Origin: Halocynthiibacter sp.
Lineage (GTDB): Bacteria; Pseudomonadota; Alphaproteobacteria; Rhodobacterales; Rhodobacteraceae
Direction of reading: 5' to 3'
Length of the DNA: 64,000 nucleotides
NCBI GenBank assembly: GCA_047631555.1
Contig: JBLHZY010000002.1
Location: 353,745 to 417,744 of the forward strand
Below are positions 40,443-49,058 of the stretch, in pieces (positions within the stretch are counted from its first letter, which is position 1; every line of letters begins with the position of its first letter). A program made the translations under genes and the position numbers. Under the pieces are notes generated by a model. That model did not search any database, was not told the DNA's origin, and worked only from the letters and a program-made list of their open reading frames with translations.

Positions 40443-41612
40443 TTATTCCTTGTTCTCGGCAAACCACTGAGCCGGATCTACAGGGCTGCCGCCCTGCCTT
40501 ATCTCTATATAAAGCGTTTCCGAAGCGGCAGCGCCACCTCCATCCGCAGTATTGATCAAAAATGCGTCCATATCGGGCGCTTGCCCGCCCATCAAACCAA
40601 TGGGCGCGCCAAGTTTGAGCACTTCGCCGACCTCACCATAGACCTGATCTAGCCCAGCAAGCACCATCAGAACATCGTTTCCGGGCTCAAGTATAATCAC
40701 GTTTCCGTAGTCGAGGAAGGGACCAAGATAGCGGATGGTCGCAGGCCAAGGCGTTGTGACAAGAGCGCGCGGGCGCGTGGCGATCAGCCAGCCGGGGCGG
40801 CGTATGCCCGCTGCATCGGCCTCGTCCGCGCGCCGCAGGATCGCGCCGTTGGTGGGAAGTTGCAGGGTTCCCATAGCGTCGGAAAGCTCTGGCAGAGGAG
40901 GCGCGCCATTGGCGGTATCCATATCGCCAAGGCCGGCGGCAAAGCCCTCAAGGGTTTCAGAGCTGTCGATCAGGCGCTGAAGCTGCTCTGGATCAGCAAG
41001 AAAACGGCGCGGCAGGTCGGTACGTTGAGAGATCGCTTGGCTTAATTCTGTGCGCGCGGATTGGACGCCGGTGAGGCCAAGGGTAAGGGTTTGGGCGGCG
41101 CTTTGTTGGAGCGTGCGCAGGGTTGCGACCTCATCCAATTGCACTTTGAGCGCATCGACTTGGGCCTGAAAGGCGGGGGCAACATCGGATAGGATCATGC
41201 CCGAACGGGCGGTTCCAAGCGGGCCAGAAGGATGCAGTAGGGACAGCGTCGTTGGGGCTTTTTGCAGCGAGAGCATCACGCCGAGAAGCTTGCTCAGGTG
41301 CTCGCTCTCAGACTCAAACTGACGGGTGATCGCGGCTTCGCGAATGGCGGCGCGGCGCAGGCCTTCGCGCAGGGCCTCAAGCCCGTCCTCATAGGCCGAA
41401 ATCGTCTGGGTCAAAGCGGCCACACGATCGCGTGCGCCGTTTGCGGCCTCAAGCGCGGAGTGCGCTTCGCCAAGCTGTTTGGCAGCCTCTTCGGCAAGCA
41501 CAGTTGGCGAGACTTGCGCGCGCAGTTGCGCAGGGCCAAGTGCGGCAAAAGCCAAAAGCGCGATGGCCATGATGGGGCCAAGGGCTTGGGGGGCTTTGCT
41601 GCGCTTGATCAC
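40443..41612 (-). CDS. Murein hydrolase activator EnvC-like (coiled-coil plus LytM/M23 domain).
   Basis: It has a signal/TM segment, long coiled-coil Q/A/L-rich repeats and a C-terminal M23-like fold (YGNVIILEPGNDVLMVLAGL). It sits in conserved position between ctpA and gpmI. Confidence 0.75.
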   Translation of the reverse strand: MIKRSKAPQALGPIMAIALLAFAALGPAQLRAQVSPTVLAEEAAKQLGEAHSALEAANGARDRVAALTQTISAYEDGLEALREGLRRAAIREAAITRQFESESEHLSKLLGVMLSLQKAPTTLSLLHPSGPLGTARSGMILSDVAPAFQAQVDALKVQLDEVATLRTLQQSAAQTLTLGLTGVQSARTELSQAISQRTDLPRRFLADPEQLQRLIDSSETLEGFAAGLGDMDTANGAPPLPELSDAMGTLQLPTNGAILRRADEADAAGIRRPGWLIATRPRALVTTPWPATIRYLGPFLDYGNVIILEPGNDVLMVLAGLDQVYGEVGEVLKLGAPIGLMGGQAPDMDAFLINTADGGGAAASETLYIEIRQGGSPVDPAQWFAENKE

Positions 41613-41618
41613 GGCGCT

Positions 41619-43148
41619 CTAGCCTTTGATCAACAGGCTTGCGCCCGTCATCTCATCTGGTTGCGGCAGGCCCATCAGATCAAGCAGGCTTGGCGCCAAA
41701 TCCGCCAGCCGTCCAGCACGCAGACCGGTGACATTGCTTGGTGCGCCAAACACAGCGACAGGGACGGGATTGGTCGTGTGGGCCGTATGCGGGCCGCCTG
41801 TTTCGGGATCAACCATCACCTCGCAATTGCCGTGATCGGCAGTGAGGATCATCGCGCCGCCTGCGGCTTCGAGCGCGGCCACAACGCGGGCAAGCCCCGT
41901 ATCAACCGCTTCGCAGGCCTTGATCGCGGCCTCCAAATCGCCCGTATGGCCAACCATATCGGGATTGGCATAATTGGTGACGATCAGATCATAGCCCGCC
42001 TCGATTGCGGCGACGAACTTATCGGTCACTTCCCCGCAAGACATCTCAGGTTGCAAATCATAGGTCGCCACTTTGGGCGATTTTGGCATGAAGCGATCTT
42101 CGCCCTTTTCGGGCAGCTCTTTGCCGCCGTTGAGGAAGAAGGTCACATGGGGGTATTTCTCGGTCTCGGCGAGGCGGAACTGAGTTTTTCCGTGATCTGC
42201 GACCCATTCACCAAGCGTGTTTTTCAGTTCGCGTTTGGGGTAGCAGGTTTGCATATAGGTACTGTGGGTCGTTGAATATTCGACCATGCCAAGCAGGCTT
42301 GCGAATGCCGGGCGCGGGGCGGCATCGAAATCGGCAAAATCTGGATCGCCAATCGCAGCAAGGATTTCGCGGGCGCGATCCGAGCGGAAATTGAGGCAGA
42401 AGAAGCCATCGCCATCCTTTGCGCCTGCATAGCCTTCAATGACGGTTGCGGCGATGAATTCATCGGTTTCGCCCCGCTCTGTTGCGGCTTTGATTGCGGC
42501 GCTGGCGTCAACGGCTTTGAACGCGGCTTTGCCGTGGATCATTGCCTCATATGCTTGGCTGACCCGTTCCCAGCGGTTGTCGCGATCCATGGCGAAATAG
42601 CGCCCGACGACCGTCCCGATCCGCGCGCCATTGGGCAGGGCCTCAACCAGTGTTTTCATAAAACCATCGGCCGAGCTTGGCGCCACATCGCGCCCATCGG
42701 TGATCGCATGCAGCACGACCTCGACGCCCTGCGCGGTGAGCGCTTTGGCAGCGGCAATCACATGGCTGATATGGCCATGCACGCCGCCATCAGAAACAAC
42801 GCCCATCATATGCGCGACGCCGCCACTGGCTTTAACATCAGCCGCGAATTTCAGCAGCGCGGCATTCTGCGCAAAGCTGCCGTCCTCAATGGCGAGATCA
42901 ATCTGCCCAAGGTCCATCGCCACAACACGGCCTGCGCCGATATTGGTGTGGCCGACTTCGGAATTACCCATTTGCCCGCTTGGCAGGCCAACATCGGGGC
43001 CATGGGTGATCAGGGTCGCATTGGGGCAGGTCGCCATGATGCGATCAAAGGTTGGAGTGTTGGCCAAAGCGGGGGCATTTGCCGTGCGATCTGCGCGTGC
43101 ACCCCAGCCATCGAGGATGCAAAGAACGACAGGTTTTGGAACGGTCAT
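41619..43148 (-). CDS. gpmI: 2,3-bisphosphoglycerate-independent phosphoglycerate mutase.
   Basis: Motifs VLCILDGWG, MGNSEVGHTNIGAGR and ADHGNCE are present. The start is at ATG 43148 behind AAGGAG. Confidence 0.9.
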   Translation of the reverse strand: MTVPKPVVLCILDGWGARADRTANAPALANTPTFDRIMATCPNATLITHGPDVGLPSGQMGNSEVGHTNIGAGRVVAMDLGQIDLAIEDGSFAQNAALLKFAADVKASGGVAHMMGVVSDGGVHGHISHVIAAAKALTAQGVEVVLHAITDGRDVAPSSADGFMKTLVEALPNGARIGTVVGRYFAMDRDNRWERVSQAYEAMIHGKAAFKAVDASAAIKAATERGETDEFIAATVIEGYAGAKDGDGFFCLNFRSDRAREILAAIGDPDFADFDAAPRPAFASLLGMVEYSTTHSTYMQTCYPKRELKNTLGEWVADHGKTQFRLAETEKYPHVTFFLNGGKELPEKGEDRFMPKSPKVATYDLQPEMSCGEVTDKFVAAIEAGYDLIVTNYANPDMVGHTGDLEAAIKACEAVDTGLARVVAALEAAGGAMILTADHGNCEVMVDPETGGPHTAHTTNPVPVAVFGAPSNVTGLRAGRLADLAPSLLDLMGLPQPDEMTGASLLIKG

Positions 43149-43298
43149 GGCGGGCTCCTTTTCGCTTGGGCTTGTTCTACGCGCGCAGGGCAAAAGGGGC
43201 AAGCAACACGCGGACCAGTAAAGATGCGGACCAGTTAAGATTGAGATGGGCGGTTTGACCGGCGCGCGCAAGGGGTTGCGGCAAATCGGCCGCGGGAA

Positions 43299-43769
43299 TT
43301 AGCTGCGGTGATAGGGGCTGCCGGCAAGGATCGAAGCGGCACGGTAAAGCTGCTCTGAGAGCATCACGCGTACCAGCATATGCGGCCAGACCATCTTGCC
43401 AAAGGAAAGCTTGAAATCGGCCCGCGCGCGCAAAGCAGGCGATATTCCATCCGCGCCGCCAATGATCAGCGCCAAATCAGAGCGTCCCGCATCGCGCCAA
43501 TCGCCGATCTGGTTGGCAAATTCTGGCGAAGACATCACGCGCCCGCGCTCATCCAAACAGGCGATCAAAGCGCCCTTAGGAATGGCGCGCTCAAGCAATT
43601 CGGCCTCAGCTTCCATGCCGCCGCCTTTCTTGGCCTCGACCTCAAGGACTTTGGCCGGACCAAGCCCAAGGGCCCGCCCGCTGCGATCAAATCGTGTGAG
43701 GTAATCATCGATGAGTTCGCGCTCGGGGCCGGCCCTTAGGCGGCCCACTGCGCAGATATGCACACGCAT
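43299..43769 (-). CDS. rlmH: 23S rRNA (pseudouridine1915-N3)-methyltransferase.
   Basis: 156 aa, SPOUT fold ([18 protein letters not shown]). Confidence 0.9.
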   Translation of the reverse strand: MRVHICAVGRLRAGPERELIDDYLTRFDRSGRALGLGPAKVLEVEAKKGGGMEAEAELLERAIPKGALIACLDERGRVMSSPEFANQIGDWRDAGRSDLALIIGGADGISPALRARADFKLSFGKMVWPHMLVRVMLSEQLYRAASILAGSPYHRS

Positions 43770-43788
43770 GTTGTGCCTCTCTTGGCGC

Positions 43789-44163
43789 TTAAGCCGGGGT
43801 TGGCTCTTCGCCGCCTTGGCCTACAGGGAGCCACATCTTTTCAAGCTGATAGAAATCGCGCACTTCGGGGCGGAACACATGAACGATAACATCGCCAGCA
43901 TCGAGCAAAACCCAATCGCCTTGGCCTTTGCCTTCGATCTTGGAAATGATGCCGAATTCCTGCTTGAGGCGCTCAGACATCTTTTCAGACAGCGCTGAAA
44001 CCTGCCGGGTTGAGCGACCCGTGCACAGAACCATATAGTCAGCCATTTCGGATTTGCCGCGCAGATCAATCGAAACGATGTCTTCTGCTTTGTCTTCATC
44101 CAAGGAAGCGAGAATGCGCGCGAGCAATTGTTCGGGCGTTGCGGGGGCCGGGGCTTGCTTCAT
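43789..44163 (-). CDS. rsfS: Ribosome silencing factor.
   Basis: 124 aa ([14 protein letters not shown]...[16 protein letters not shown]). It lies directly upstream of rlmH. Confidence 0.85.
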   Translation of the reverse strand: MKQAPAPATPEQLLARILASLDEDKAEDIVSIDLRGKSEMADYMVLCTGRSTRQVSALSEKMSERLKQEFGIISKIEGKGQGDWVLLDAGDVIVHVFRPEVRDFYQLEKMWLPVGQGGEEPTPA

Positions 44164-44371
44164 TGCAGCACCCGGGGCAGCGCTAGAATTGGCCGCCGTT
44201 GGTGATTGAGACAGGACATTGTCCTCCTTCGTGGCGCGCCGATTCCTCCCCGGCGCTGGGCATTTTTATAAAGTAGCACCTAAGGGGGCAAATCTCAATC
44301 GATGCAAGGCAAAGCGGGCGTAGTATGGCGCAGATTCCGCTGCGTAGCGACATTCGGCAACATAATCGCGT

Positions 44372-45691
44372 CTAATCCAGCGCTTTGTCTGCATTTTCTT
44401 CGAGCATGCGCACCTCGCGCTGGGGGAAGGGGATCGAAATATCGTTGGCCTTAAACGCATCCCAAAGCGCGAGATAAACAGCACCGCGCACGTTTGTGAG
44501 GCCGCCTGTTGGGTCAGTGATCCAAAAGCGCAGGATGTAATCGACCGAACTGTCGCCAAACCCAACGATGTGGCAAACGGTCGGGCGGGTATGCGACACC
44601 CGGCTGACGCCCTTTGCCGCTTCAACGGCGATTTTGCGCACCAGATGTGGATCATCGCCGTAAGCCGTGCCAAAGAAGATATCGAGGCGCACGTAATCAT
44701 TGGTATGGGACCAGTTGACCACTTGGTTGGTGATCAGATCCTCGTTCGGGATCAGGTATTCTTTGCCGTCGCGGGTAACGACCGAGGCGTAGCGCGCGCC
44801 AAGCGTATTGATCCAACCAAAGGTTTCCCCAAGCGAAATGACATCACCGGGTTTGATCGATTTATCCAGCAGGATGATCACACCAGAGACAAGGTTCGAG
44901 ACGACCTTTTGCAAGCCAAAACCAAGGCCAACACCAATCGCGCCCGATAGAACCGCCAAACCAGTGAGATCAAATCCGACCGCTTTGAGCCCGATAAAGA
45001 AGGCCGCGCCATAGAGCGTTATCTGCAGTACCTTAACGGCGAGCACCCGCATAGAGGGCGAAATCTCTTCGTTTTTGGATATCTTTGTGGTGGCGGATTG
45101 GGAGCCAACCCGCGCCAGTGTAAACAGAATTCCGGTAACGATCAGCGCTTTGAGAACGGCAAGCGCCGAGAGGCGGAAATCGCCAAATTCAACGGCGGCG
45201 CTATCCAGAAAGGCGGTCATCGCTTCGGCAAGGCCGAGATAATAGAGCGTTACATATACCCACAGGCCCCATGTCACAACGCGGCGCAAAAGGCTGTTGC
45301 GCACAAGGCGGGCGGCAAAGCTTACCATCAACCAAGCCAGAGCGATCGTTGCTACAAGGACGAGGATATAGCGGCGCGAGGGGAAGGGCGTTATCTGCGA
45401 AATGATGCCAACAGAGGCCCAGGCCAGGCCGACAAAAAGGATCAACTGCAGCCGCTTATGGACCACAAGCATCGCGCGCAACCTTGGCTTTGAAACCCCT
45501 TCAAGACCGCGCATCCAGTTATAGATTTTGGGCCCAATCCAGCGGCGCAACAGCCATGCCGTTATGATGATGACGCCCAAAATGATGAATTGCTGAAGGC
45601 GTGAGGGCAAAAACAGATTGGAAAACGCGCCCTCGATCTCGGCCCAAAGGGTAGCGAGCTGTTCAAGGAATGTGTTGAAAGCGTTCAGCAT
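44372..45691 (-). CDS. Mechanosensitive ion channel (MscS family).
   Basis: It has multiple N-terminal TM segments, then GLGFGLQKVVSNLVSGVIILLDKSIKPGDVI... and a beta-domain. The start is uncertain (45691, 45724 or 45793). Confidence 0.8.
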   Translation of the reverse strand: MLNAFNTFLEQLATLWAEIEGAFSNLFLPSRLQQFIILGVIIITAWLLRRWIGPKIYNWMRGLEGVSKPRLRAMLVVHKRLQLILFVGLAWASVGIISQITPFPSRRYILVLVATIALAWLMVSFAARLVRNSLLRRVVTWGLWVYVTLYYLGLAEAMTAFLDSAAVEFGDFRLSALAVLKALIVTGILFTLARVGSQSATTKISKNEEISPSMRVLAVKVLQITLYGAAFFIGLKAVGFDLTGLAVLSGAIGVGLGFGLQKVVSNLVSGVIILLDKSIKPGDVISLGETFGWINTLGARYASVVTRDGKEYLIPNEDLITNQVVNWSHTNDYVRLDIFFGTAYGDDPHLVRKIAVEAAKGVSRVSHTRPTVCHIVGFGDSSVDYILRFWITDPTGGLTNVRGAVYLALWDAFKANDISIPFPQREVRMLEENADKALD

Positions 45692-45832
45692 TTGCGCGGC
45701 CCAAATTAACCTTTTTGCCAGCATGGCACGGCCCCGTGTGCCCATGCAAGCCGGTGATTGCGGCGGCGTGATGCGCCAAACGCCCGAAATCACAAAAGTT
45801 TTTCATGCCTAAGGGATACTTCTAAAAATAGG

Positions 45833-45848
45833 TTTACCTTTAAGTAAA
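45833..45848. promoter_or_regulatory. Imperfect 16-bp palindrome TTTACCTTTAAGTAAA upstream of lipoprotein paralog 1 (candidate operator).
   Basis: It is homologous in position and sequence to the near-perfect palindrome upstream of paralog 2. It lies about 240 nt before the ATG in an AT-rich spacer. Confidence 0.35.
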
Positions 45849-46085
45849 TCTAACTGGCTCAAGTTTAGTGTATTGTGTTAACTAATAAGCGCTGAAATTC
45901 AAAATTGCCCATTGCTGCTGCGTTTTGAGCCAAGAAAATTTCGCATGTAAGGCTTCGCGCTGTTTTGCCGGGGAAGCCTATTTTACTCAGTATATTTTTT
46001 TAAAAAATCTGGGGCTAATGTATTGATTTTGATGTTTTAATTGGGGCGCGGCCGTTCTTTGCGGCCGTGCATGCTGGGGGAAGTT

Positions 46086-46862
46086 ATGAGAAAATCTCTA
46101 ATCAAAGCGCCCGTTGTGGCGCTCGGCGCAGCTTTGGCTGTGTCTGGCTGTTTTCATCACGGGACAAGCGTTGGCGGAGCATTTGACGCAAGCAAGAGCT
46201 TTGTCGAAACCTACGACGGCTATCGGCTGCTTACGAATGAGCCATTCGTTGTCGCGACAAACAAACCGACAGGCACCGTGAGCTATACAGGGGGCATCCT
46301 TGTTGAGCGGCAACCAAACGTGGCGCAAACCGAAAAAACGGGCCTAAGCGATATCGCTGTGCCGCCTGAGGTTGAATTTATTGTTGGGCAGCTGGTGGTT
46401 GATGTCGCCTTTGACGACAACTCCGCTACTCTCGCGCTTTCGAAGTTTCAGAGCGCCACGGCGCCTATTTCCATTTTTGTGAATCAGGCAAATGGAAACG
46501 CGACTGCTTTGGCTGCAATTACAGTTGATGATGTTACCATGGGGGACCCGCTTGATGGGACCCTTCAAGGGACTGGTTTTGTCGGCTCGGGCATTCAAGA
46601 CGAGGTTTATGTCAGCTCTAAAATAGTGGGCGAACTGACCAGCGGGAGCGGCGAAGCTCTTAAGACTTACTCGGTTGGGTATAGCTCTTCGCTGAATTTG
46701 CGTGGCACAGCAGGCAACGAATTTTTGCTTGGTGGCGCGTCCCTTAGCATTACCGAAACGCTGCCGGGCGACACTTTGGTTGCTCACGATCTGGTTCCGC
46801 TTCCCGGTCCGATCACCATAACTGAACGCTATTCAGGTATGGGTTACGCTGTTCAAAAGTAA
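46086..46862 (+). CDS. Lipoprotein, paralog 1 of 4. Unknown function; a TbpB/fHbp-like beta-barrel is suspected.
   Basis: It has a signal peptide plus lipobox (ALAVSGC). Family blocks are FDASKSF, PTGTVSYTGGILVE, VVDVAFDDN, SKFQSATAPISIF, LTSGSGEAL, FLLG and YSGMGYAVQK. The start is at ATG 46086 behind GGGGGAAG. Confidence 0.75.
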   Translation: MRKSLIKAPVVALGAALAVSGCFHHGTSVGGAFDASKSFVETYDGYRLLTNEPFVVATNKPTGTVSYTGGILVERQPNVAQTEKTGLSDIAVPPEVEFIVGQLVVDVAFDDNSATLALSKFQSATAPISIFVNQANGNATALAAITVDDVTMGDPLDGTLQGTGFVGSGIQDEVYVSSKIVGELTSGSGEALKTYSVGYSSSLNLRGTAGNEFLLGGASLSITETLPGDTLVAHDLVPLPGPITITERYSGMGYAVQK

Positions 46863-46870
46863 ATCGATGT

Positions 46871-46920
46871 AGGCTCACCAAGCGCGAGAAGTTTCTTGCG
46901 CTTGGCGGGCCTGACGTTTT
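46871..46920 (+). terminator. Rho-independent-type terminator after paralog 1.
   Basis: A long imperfect stem aggctcaccaagcgc / gcgcttggcgggcct is followed by gacgtttt. Confidence 0.6.
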
Positions 46921-47009
46921 GGAGCTGCGCATTCTATCCGCATGCGCGTTCCAGAACGCCTCGAATTTGCTCAAACCTGCGGTCCAACCACCGCGCCTCT
47001 GCGACAAAG

Positions 47010-47025
47010 TTTACCTAAAGGTAAA
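47010..47025. promoter_or_regulatory. 16-bp palindrome TTTACCTAAAGGTAAA (7-N2-7) upstream of paralog 2 (candidate operator).
   Basis: TTTACCT and AGGTAAA are exact reverse complements. The flanking sequence (..CTGG.., TGTGTTAA, GCTGCTGC.TTT) is also shared with the paralog-1 upstream region. Confidence 0.4.
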
Positions 47026-47255
47026 TTTACTGGCCTGCACTAACTTGAATGTGTTAATCTTCTTTGAGTCGGAAGCCAAATGCCTAAGCTGCTGCATTTA
47101 TTGGGTCTTTTGATTCCGACAAGAAGGATAGACAAGTTATTTGCTTTGACCTTTGACTGCGAATTTTCCCAATTTTTGCGTTTGGGGATTGAATTGAAAA
47201 CAAATTTTTGTTGGCGCCTTGGCTGGTTTTAAGGGGCGCACGAACGGGGGAAGAC

Positions 47256-48017
47256 ATGAGATATTCACTATTAAAAGCGCCCATTGCGGCGCTAAGCGCT
47301 ACTGCTTTGCTGTCTGGCTGTGTGCTGGGCAATTTTGATGCGAGCAAAAGCTTTGTTCAAAGCTATGATGGTTATCGTTTGCTGAGCGAAGAGCCCATCG
47401 TAGAATATTCGGCCAAACCTACTGGGTCCGTAAGTTACACGGGCGGCATTTTGGTCGAAAATCAGCCAACTGTTACGTTTGCAAAGCCTATTGGACTGGC
47501 AGGTGAGCCAGTTTTGATCGGTGTTGATTATATCGTTGCGAAAATGGATGTTGATGTTGCCTTTGATGACAACACCGCCGAATTTGAAGTGTCGAATTTT
47601 CAGCGCGTATCGGCGCCCATTTCCATTTTCACTGATCCAAACTCAGTCCCAAATGCCGCTGTCATCGGGCTTGAGGCTGATAACGTTGTTTTGGGCGATA
47701 AGTTCGACGGCAAGCTGTCAGGCTCAGGCGGCGTTTATGCGTACAAACCTACGGGTACAATTGTCAGCTCTGGCATGCAGGGCACGCTGACTACCGGAAG
47801 CGGCGAAAGCTTACAGTCATATGGGGCCTCATTGGGCGTCGAGTTATTATTGCGCGGCACTGTGGGCAGCGAATTTCTGCTGGGAGAGGCGAGTTTGAAC
47901 CTGCGTGGGACAGAAGGGTCCGTTGTGCCGAATGAGCAGCTCTCAATCGAGCTTCCGCCAGAGCTTCCTTCGCAGAACGAGCGTTATTACGGCGCGGGTT
48001 ACGCGGTTCGAAAGTAA
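47256..48017 (+). CDS. Lipoprotein, paralog 2 of 4.
   Basis: Lipobox ALLSGC is present. Family blocks are FDASKSF, PTGSVSYTGGILVE, YIVAKMDVDVAFDDN, SNFQRVSAPISIF, LTTGSGESL, FLLG and YYGAGYAVRK. The start is at ATG 47256 behind GGGGGAAG. Confidence 0.75.
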   Translation: MRYSLLKAPIAALSATALLSGCVLGNFDASKSFVQSYDGYRLLSEEPIVEYSAKPTGSVSYTGGILVENQPTVTFAKPIGLAGEPVLIGVDYIVAKMDVDVAFDDNTAEFEVSNFQRVSAPISIFTDPNSVPNAAVIGLEADNVVLGDKFDGKLSGSGGVYAYKPTGTIVSSGMQGTLTTGSGESLQSYGASLGVELLLRGTVGSEFLLGEASLNLRGTEGSVVPNEQLSIELPPELPSQNERYYGAGYAVRK

Positions 48018-48028
48018 CGCTCGAACAT

Positions 48029-48077
48029 GGGCCCGCTATTGCGCGAGGGCATTCTTGCGCGCGGTGGGCCTGTTTTG
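48029..48077 (+). terminator. Terminator after paralog 2.
   Basis: gggcccgc...gtgggcc arms enclose an inner gcgcg/cgcgc stem, then tgtttt. Confidence 0.6.
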
Positions 48078-48104
48078 ATCGCGAAAATTCAAGCCGCTGA
48101 AAAC

Positions 48105-48121
48105 AATTAATAAATCGCGCC
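48105..48121 (+). promoter_or_regulatory. Conserved AT-rich motif AATTAATAAATCGCGCC about 45 nt upstream of the paralog 3 start (candidate promoter or operator).
   Basis: It is nearly identical to the motif upstream of paralog 4 (one T/C difference). It is not present upstream of paralogs 1 and 2. Confidence 0.3.
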
Positions 48122-48164
48122 TGTACGGATTTCGACTGCGGCGCAGATGGAGATGGAGATGGTA

Positions 48165-48923
48165 ATGAAACAATCTATTTTGAAGGCCCCGCTTGTGGCG
48201 TTTGGTGCGGCAACTTTGCTGTCGGGCTGTGTTCTGGGCAGTTTTGATGCGAGCAAAAGCTTCTATGAAACCTATGATGGCATGCGCACGTTGGGCAACG
48301 AACCTCTAATTCTTGGAGCCGATAGGCCGACAGGCACAGTAAAGTATTCCGGCGGCATGCTCGTAGAGCAATTGCCAGCCGCCACACTTGCAAAGCCTGT
48401 AGGGCTTGCCGCGGATCCTGCCCCGGGCGACGTCAACTATATCGTTGCAAAATTGGATGTTGATGTTGCCTTTGATACCAACCTGGTTGATGTCGAGGCG
48501 ACGAATTTTCAGCGTGCAACGGCGCCAGTATCCATTTTCGGGTATTCAGGGCTTGGCGTGCAGTCTCCGGCGGCTGAACTCGCTGAAGGTGACGTCGTTT
48601 TAGGCGAGAAATTTGATGGCTCTATTTCCGGCACTGCTCAGATTTACGACGATGGGCTCAATGGCTTTAATGTAGACGGCACGGTTGTCGGTCAGCTGAC
48701 AACCGGAAGCGGCGAAAGCCTGAAGACCTACACCGGTCTTTTGCGCTCTGATCTGGTTTTGTATGGAACAGCGGGCGACACGTTCTTGCTTGGCAGCTCG
48801 ACGCTCGATCTTCGCGGCCAGAACGTTGTGACTAATGCGCAAACCTCGGGCGAGTTCCCGGCAGCGGCATTTGCCTCCGACGAACTTCTTGGCGGCACCG
48901 CATATGTCGCTCAAGTAAAATAA
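48165..48923 (+). CDS. Lipoprotein, paralog 3 of 4.
   Basis: Lipobox TLLSGC is present. Blocks are FDASKSF, PTGTVKYSGGMLVE, YIVAKLDVDVAFD, TNFQRATAPVSIF, LTTGSGESL, FLLG and GGTAYVAQVK. The start is set at the last of four in-frame ATGs (MKQSILKAP). Confidence 0.75.
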   Translation: MKQSILKAPLVAFGAATLLSGCVLGSFDASKSFYETYDGMRTLGNEPLILGADRPTGTVKYSGGMLVEQLPAATLAKPVGLAADPAPGDVNYIVAKLDVDVAFDTNLVDVEATNFQRATAPVSIFGYSGLGVQSPAAELAEGDVVLGEKFDGSISGTAQIYDDGLNGFNVDGTVVGQLTTGSGESLKTYTGLLRSDLVLYGTAGDTFLLGSSTLDLRGQNVVTNAQTSGEFPAAAFASDELLGGTAYVAQVK

Positions 48924-48931
48924 TCTTTGCG

Positions 48932-48978
48932 GGCCCGCCATTTAGCGCGCGCTTTGCGCATGGTGGGCCTGCTATTTT
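48932..48978 (+). terminator. Terminator after paralog 3.
   Basis: ggcccgccat / atggtgggcc arms are followed by tgctatttt. Confidence 0.6.
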
Positions 48979-49003
48979 GAGCGGCCTTTAGGGGCAAACG
49001 AGT

Positions 49004-49020
49004 AATTAATAAATTGCGCC
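49004..49020 (+). promoter_or_regulatory. Conserved motif AATTAATAAATTGCGCC about 40 nt upstream of the paralog 4 start.
   Basis: This is the same motif as at 48105-48121. Confidence 0.3.
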
Positions 49021-49058
49021 ACGACTGATTTTTATAAGGCGCACCAAAGGAGACTGTT

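Noticed and set aside
45994-46008. An A-T7-A6-T palindrome in the spacer upstream of lipoprotein paralog 1.
   Set aside because: It is a homopolymeric AT tract. Its symmetry is trivial and it is not conserved upstream of the other paralogs. It probably just contributes to AT-richness or DNA curvature.
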